In this document: one piece after another, positions 59,001-64,000 of the stretch
How positions within the stretch are numbered: position 1 is the stretch's first letter
Layout of the letters: every line of letters starts with the position of its first letter
Assembly: GCA_002633005.1 (NCBI GenBank)
Contig: NMRA01000140.1
Coordinates: forward strand, 186,001-250,000
DNA: 64,000 nt
Origin: Phoronis australis
Taxonomy: Eukaryota > Animalia > Phoronida
Direction of reading: 5' to 3'
The notes under the pieces: model-generated
Told to the model about the DNA's origin: nothing
Database searches by the model: none
The model's input: the letters and a program-made list of their open reading frames with translations, nothing else
Made by a program: the position numbers and the translations under genes

Positions 59001-61640
59001 ATTCCCCGCAACGTTATCTTTCCAACAAAAGAAAACAGCAAGAGCGTGAGGAAGTATGGAGTTTATTAATTACCCCCATAATTAACATTATACGACTGAA
59101 AAAATATTTAACAATGTAGGGGGGGGGGGNNNNNNGGGGGGGGGGGAGAGACGCAACTGACGACTATTTTAAACACAATTTTTGCTACGAACTGGTTGCA
59201 CCAAATACAAAGCGTGTACGGTGTTTTCTCTATCAATTAGTGCACGAAGCTCTCAAGGGGAAAATAGTTCGTACACAGGTGTACGAACTAATATAGAAAA
59301 CACCGTAATAAGCAAAGATGTATGTTAGCGCGCAAACGCTGTGGACCATAAACAAGTACGTCTCTTAGTGACGTTAGAAGTGGAAGCGTGATGGCGCAGT
59401 GGTAGAGCACGCGTGCTTTTACTGACAGCCAGGTCGTGAGTTGAATTCCGTGGCTTTTACGAATTTTCAGCTTTACACTTTCTGTGTTTTTTCCTTTGAT
59501 AATACTTAAGAAATCAAAGAAAATGCTTGTTTTTAGAGGCAAAAGCAAAATTTTCTCCTGGGCGACCTCCTCCCACTTGGCGCTATGCTCCTCTACATTT
59601 CCTACCAACGTCTACGAACAGTAGGTTACAGCATACAATATTTCGTACAAGTGAAATTTGATTCTGTTAAATCTTTAAACATATATGAGCATGAGGAACC
59701 TTTCACTTAGTTTTGTTTGCTATGTGTAGTATAATTCAACTGGCAGGAATAAAAATGAACTTGTATTGTTTCTTGACTGTCTCGGCTCGTCAGTGAGATG
59801 TTTGTATTCAGATTAACTAAGTGTAGAACACTGAATTACACTAGTAATAGCAACTGGCAATAGCAAAGTGAGAACCCTCTTTACAATATTTACAGGTTAC
59901 AAATGTGTGGGTTGTATGCACTATACTTCATGATTCAAGGATCTACAGGAAATAACAATAAACTACTCTAGGATTTTCAGAACAATCATAAAAACCACTC
60001 TATTGTGTTTGCCATATTTGGTAATGGTCAGCTGTCTTGAGGCAATGATTGTGTGAATGACCATTGCAAAATCTAGTTTACTATAACGTTCAACAAAACG
60101 TGTGTGGATGCACAGGATGGGTCAATGACTCAGGTAAAGACGAAACAAGTTACTTCAAACCTAAGCAATCTGGTACTAAATTAATAAGATCAATAATGCT
60201 ATCAAACCAACATACTAAGTAATATATATCATGAATTTATCACGGATTTCATGATACTATGTCATAAACAGCATATACTATCGCTACAGAAAGCTAGCTA
60301 GGACATGTATATTGACAAATATTATCATCAATACTATTTAAATATGACCGCAATGCTCAATTCACTCAACAGAAAGGTCAAACGCTGCTCATTATGCATG
60401 TAGTAAGCTCTTTGAGTTTTTCGTACAATCATTAGTCGTAATTTCACTTTTTGTATTCGGGGTAAATTCAGCAATAGTGCCACTCACCAGTGTTTTAGCT
60501 AGCAACGACCTTTTGACCTAACACATCGCTGACCTCATTCGCTAAAATTAGTCAAGTGGGTGTGTTGAAAAGACAGTAAGATGGCTAATCGTCGTGTAGC
60601 TGATATCTGATTAACTCATTGCTGCAGCGAGAATTAACTGAACTCATCGAAGAACACATTTGTGGATGGAGACAAGGACGAGTTTCGTGACAGCGACGAG
60701 TCGTCTTACGGCAGCAACTCGTCGCAAGATGAGTTTCATGATCGACCCATCGTGAATACGAACTACGGTTACGTTTTATTGGAACAAGCGGAACTTGAAG
60801 AAAACGGTCCGGATTAGCTTAATCGCAGAACAATGTCTTGTTCCTGCAAAGCCAGTGGATCGGGGTGCAAACAGCTGAAAGTGACTGCAAGGGAGAACAG
60901 TCTTCGACAGGGCTGCATCACTCAGTGTGATGTCGAGGAAATCCTTGCTCTGCAGTTGTCAGTGAAGGACTTGGATAGGGATGGGTGATGGTCATTTATT
61001 TTCAAAATTATTTATACTGGCGTAAAATTTTTAATTATTGTGAACAAAAATCAGCCACTAATGAGTACTTTGTAATCTACTTCTCCAAAATACATTTTAA
61101 CTACCTTGTTTACTTGCGGTAACCCCTCCTAATTGCCACAAGTGGACTGATCCTGTATACATTTATTGACCCAGTTGCAGTAACTCAACATGAATATCAC
61201 TCCTTTTTGGCCAAAATTACGTAACAAGGTCAATATTTTTTTCTATTTTTTATTGCTTTACTTGTTTATGTTGTTTTGTATACTAATAAGTCTGAAATGT
61301 AGCACACAATTACAGTTTGCTATGGAAATTTTAACGACACTATCAGCTCTTTTTCTCGGCCATTTTCCTTGACTTTTGTAAGCTCTTAATTTTTGCTTTC
61401 CCCGACTAGAATTTGAGATAACTCTGCCATTTGTTAAGATAAGGACATGTTTCGTCATCAAAATGATCAGAAAATACTGTATTTTCAGAAAAAATATCAA
61501 TTACAAAAATGGCAAATCCCTACTTAAGACTCATTTTGTGGTGCTGGGTCACATATGTGAGATCGGCGCCGGCCCGCCTCCGTACTAGCCAGTGTTAGAC
61601 GAGGAGGGCAGGTACGTCACGACTGCAGTCCAGTTACCCC
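56032..61640 (+). repeat. Tandem segmental duplication, two diverged units (~56032-58941 and ~59022-61640)
   Basis: Colinear shared blocks, e.g. AAAACAGCAAGAGCGTGAGGAA at 56042/59032, a tRNA-like head, GATGAGTTTCATGATCGACCCATCGTGAATACG, and the end GACTGCAGTCCAGTTACCC. Many substitutions and indels. Confidence 0.9.
56384..56457 (+). repeat. tRNA-derived SINE-like head (second copy 59383-59455)
   Basis: A-box-like TAGCGCAGTGG and B-box-like GAGTTGAATACC; no valid cloverleaf. Confidence 0.6.
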
Positions 61641-63342
61641 CAGGTTAGCGGAGGACCGATTTGAGGTTTGCGGACCCCTTTTCCGCTCGGCGCAATCTGG
61701 CAGGTGATCGGCCACGCAATCTTCGGCGGGTGCGCACCCGTTGTTCCGCCTGGCGCCAGAAAGCGCCGGTGGTGTAGGTGCAGGTCGCGCGACGATCAGG
61801 AAGATTCGTCCGGTTTCCACTATAACTGCTGGATTACATCGACACATTTTAGAATGCGCGCATCCACATACTTTACATCGTGCAACTGTTGCCTACGTTA
61901 TAGGTCGTCGTAATAGACAATGTGCGATAGCCACCTCGACTACATCAACCGTTTTTTATTGGCGTCGCGCCATAGGGGGGCTGAGGGAGCTTTAGCCCCC
62001 ACTTTTTCAGTGCTACGCCGCCCATGTCAGGCCAATCTTCCTGAATTGATAACACATCCTACTCAGTAAAAATCGAAAAAGAATCAAAATCGGAGCAAGC
62101 ACTGTTGTTATTGCAATTTTTGTGGCGAAATTTGGGTCACTTTGTTTGGATCGCGTCGGCCATATTGGAGGACAGCGGTATAAGTTACGAATTTAAATCT
62201 TTGTGTAAATTGTTTTCGCCAACAATTTACGGTGAAATTTAGTGAGACATATCTTTACTTACTATTCTGTACGATTCAACAGTGTTCACTAAATTTCAGC
62301 CTCGCAGTTGTTACTCATTAAGTGATAAATGTGCTCACAATTCCCGTTGGACTTCGTCTCTGGTGGCACCGACAACATGGTGACTTTTGCTGAACTGAAA
62401 GGCATGTTCAACATGTTACTTTGTAATTTGTGAAGATTTAACGTTGATACATTTTGACAAACGTTACTACAAAAAAGGAACTTTGTTCAAGTTTCGTGTT
62501 TTTTGTGCAAAAATATAAGATAATTCGAATTATTTTACGGTGAATTTCCCATTCAGGTGATCTTACACTAAGCTAAAAAAATACTTGAAATAATTTTGAA
62601 ATGGTTTTTTGTTTGACTATCAACTGCTGTTCAAGGCTTGATTAGGTGTCACAAAATGATTCATATTTTTCTAAATTTTAAGTCTCAAATGCTTTCAAGT
62701 CATGTTTTGTAACTTATTGCTTCTTAATTCAGGTTATCAAGTCAACAATATGAATAATCTTAATTTGAGAAATAAGCTATGTTGGATTGTGAAACTTCAA
62801 GGTTCCAATTCTTGTTCCTTGCAACTTCATATTCTTTCCATCATGCTTGTCAAATTCTGGTGTAATGAAACACTATTTCGGTCACCATGGTAATAGTTAC
62901 ATGTATGTCCACTTTCATATCGTGGAAACTTTTGCTGTTGAATAGTGTTTGTAATGCTAAATGTTCTAAAGTATTGTGCATTTAAGTTACTTATTATGTT
63001 AAAAGGTTGAATCATTTTGGCTTAACGAATAACAAATGATAACATTTTGTGTTGGACTTGTCATACATATGTGCTTGAAGGAGCCCCCTATTTGGAAAAA
63101 TGGAAAAAGGTCTGCCTCACTCAGAGAAGCACGAACTCCGAAAAAAGTAGAAAACGAGACGATATTCCACTAGAAGACAGGATGTACCAAAATGTAGCGC
63201 CTGCAATTCATAACTGAACATACTCAGTGAATCTTATAGTAAAAGGTAGACATTCCCAAAAATTCCAGCCCCCCATTTTTTAAATTTGGTGCGCTCATAC
63301 AAAGTCTGGGAAAATCTCTGTTGAAAGCCAACAACTTTGCAC

Positions 63343-63640
63343 AGCTACGGAATGATCCTGAATATGGCGCATTAGATAATAAAACAAATGAAGGTATTGT
63401 TTCTTATATTTTGACTTTTACATTGCCATCTCGGAGTTCGGGTCAGGAAGTTAATGTCTGGCTATTTTATTGCCCTCCGTGAACTAAACAATGATATTTT
63501 TCATAGGCGGACTTAGGGGTGGGGGGCAGGGACCCCCCTTGGCTGCCGCAAAAAAAAACAGCAAGAACGTTAACAAATAGTGAGTTTATTAATTAACCCT
63601 GGTAATTAACATTACACGGCTGAAACAAGATTTGACAAAA
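63343..63640 (+). pseudogene. Partial duplicate of the 55236 gene exon end, donor and adjacent intron
   Basis: CAGCTACGGAATGATCCTGAATATGGCGCATTAGATAATAAAACAAATGAAG|GTATTG matches 55860-55917, and similarity continues into the intron. The upstream part of the exon is absent. Confidence 0.8.
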
Positions 63641-64000
63641 CCTAAGCAAAAACTCCACGATTAGTGATTAAATGAAAACTGTGTAAAGGAAGAGTGACAA
63701 GTAGGCTACGCTATCTCTTCTATCATGACTCATTAATGTAATTACAACCGATACAAAAAAATTAAAAATCAAAGTAGTCCTCAGAAATGTGTCGCTCTCT
63801 GAAAGTTACAACCCGTACGGCAAAATCGATTTTAGTCATCAGGGAGCACACACCAGGTCTTCAGTTGATGCTCTGACCCGACTCGGGTCTTGTCGCTCGT
63901 TCCGCCCCCCCCCCCCCCCCCCNCTTGTCGCTCGTCCCCCCCCCGGCTCCAGAAAGCGCCGGCGCAGGTGATCGGCCGCGGGCGCGACGATCAGGAAGCT

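Overview
AT-rich, intron-rich animal genomic DNA, probably a marine invertebrate (inferred from gene structure and repeat types; species not determinable). Two complete minus-strand genes can be reconstructed exon by exon: a 5-exon cytosolic Cu/Zn superoxide dismutase (SOD1, CDS 414-9165, 154 aa) and a 22-exon exportin-4 (XPO4, CDS 14935-45395, 1133 aa). XPO4 intron 6 has U12-type (minor spliceosome) signals. A plus-strand first exon at 55236-55911 encodes a membrane-anchored protein with a Cys-rich hevein-like module and an SGNH-like GDS motif, in a locally duplicated block. The rest is MITEs, Penelope and LINE remnants, a THAP pseudogene inside long inverted repeats, tRNA-derived repeats and minisatellites. 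Top observations: (1) related ~420-bp inverted-repeat elements lie 79 and 81 nt upstream of the ATG of SOD1 and XPO4, in the same orientation; (2) a minimal hammerhead ribozyme on the sense strand of an XPO4 intron; (3) DINE-1/HINE-like repeats whose ~145-bp units each carry a CTCF-like motif; (4) an LTR-like remnant with a phased heat-shock-element cluster. All coordinates were read by eye and no database searches were run.
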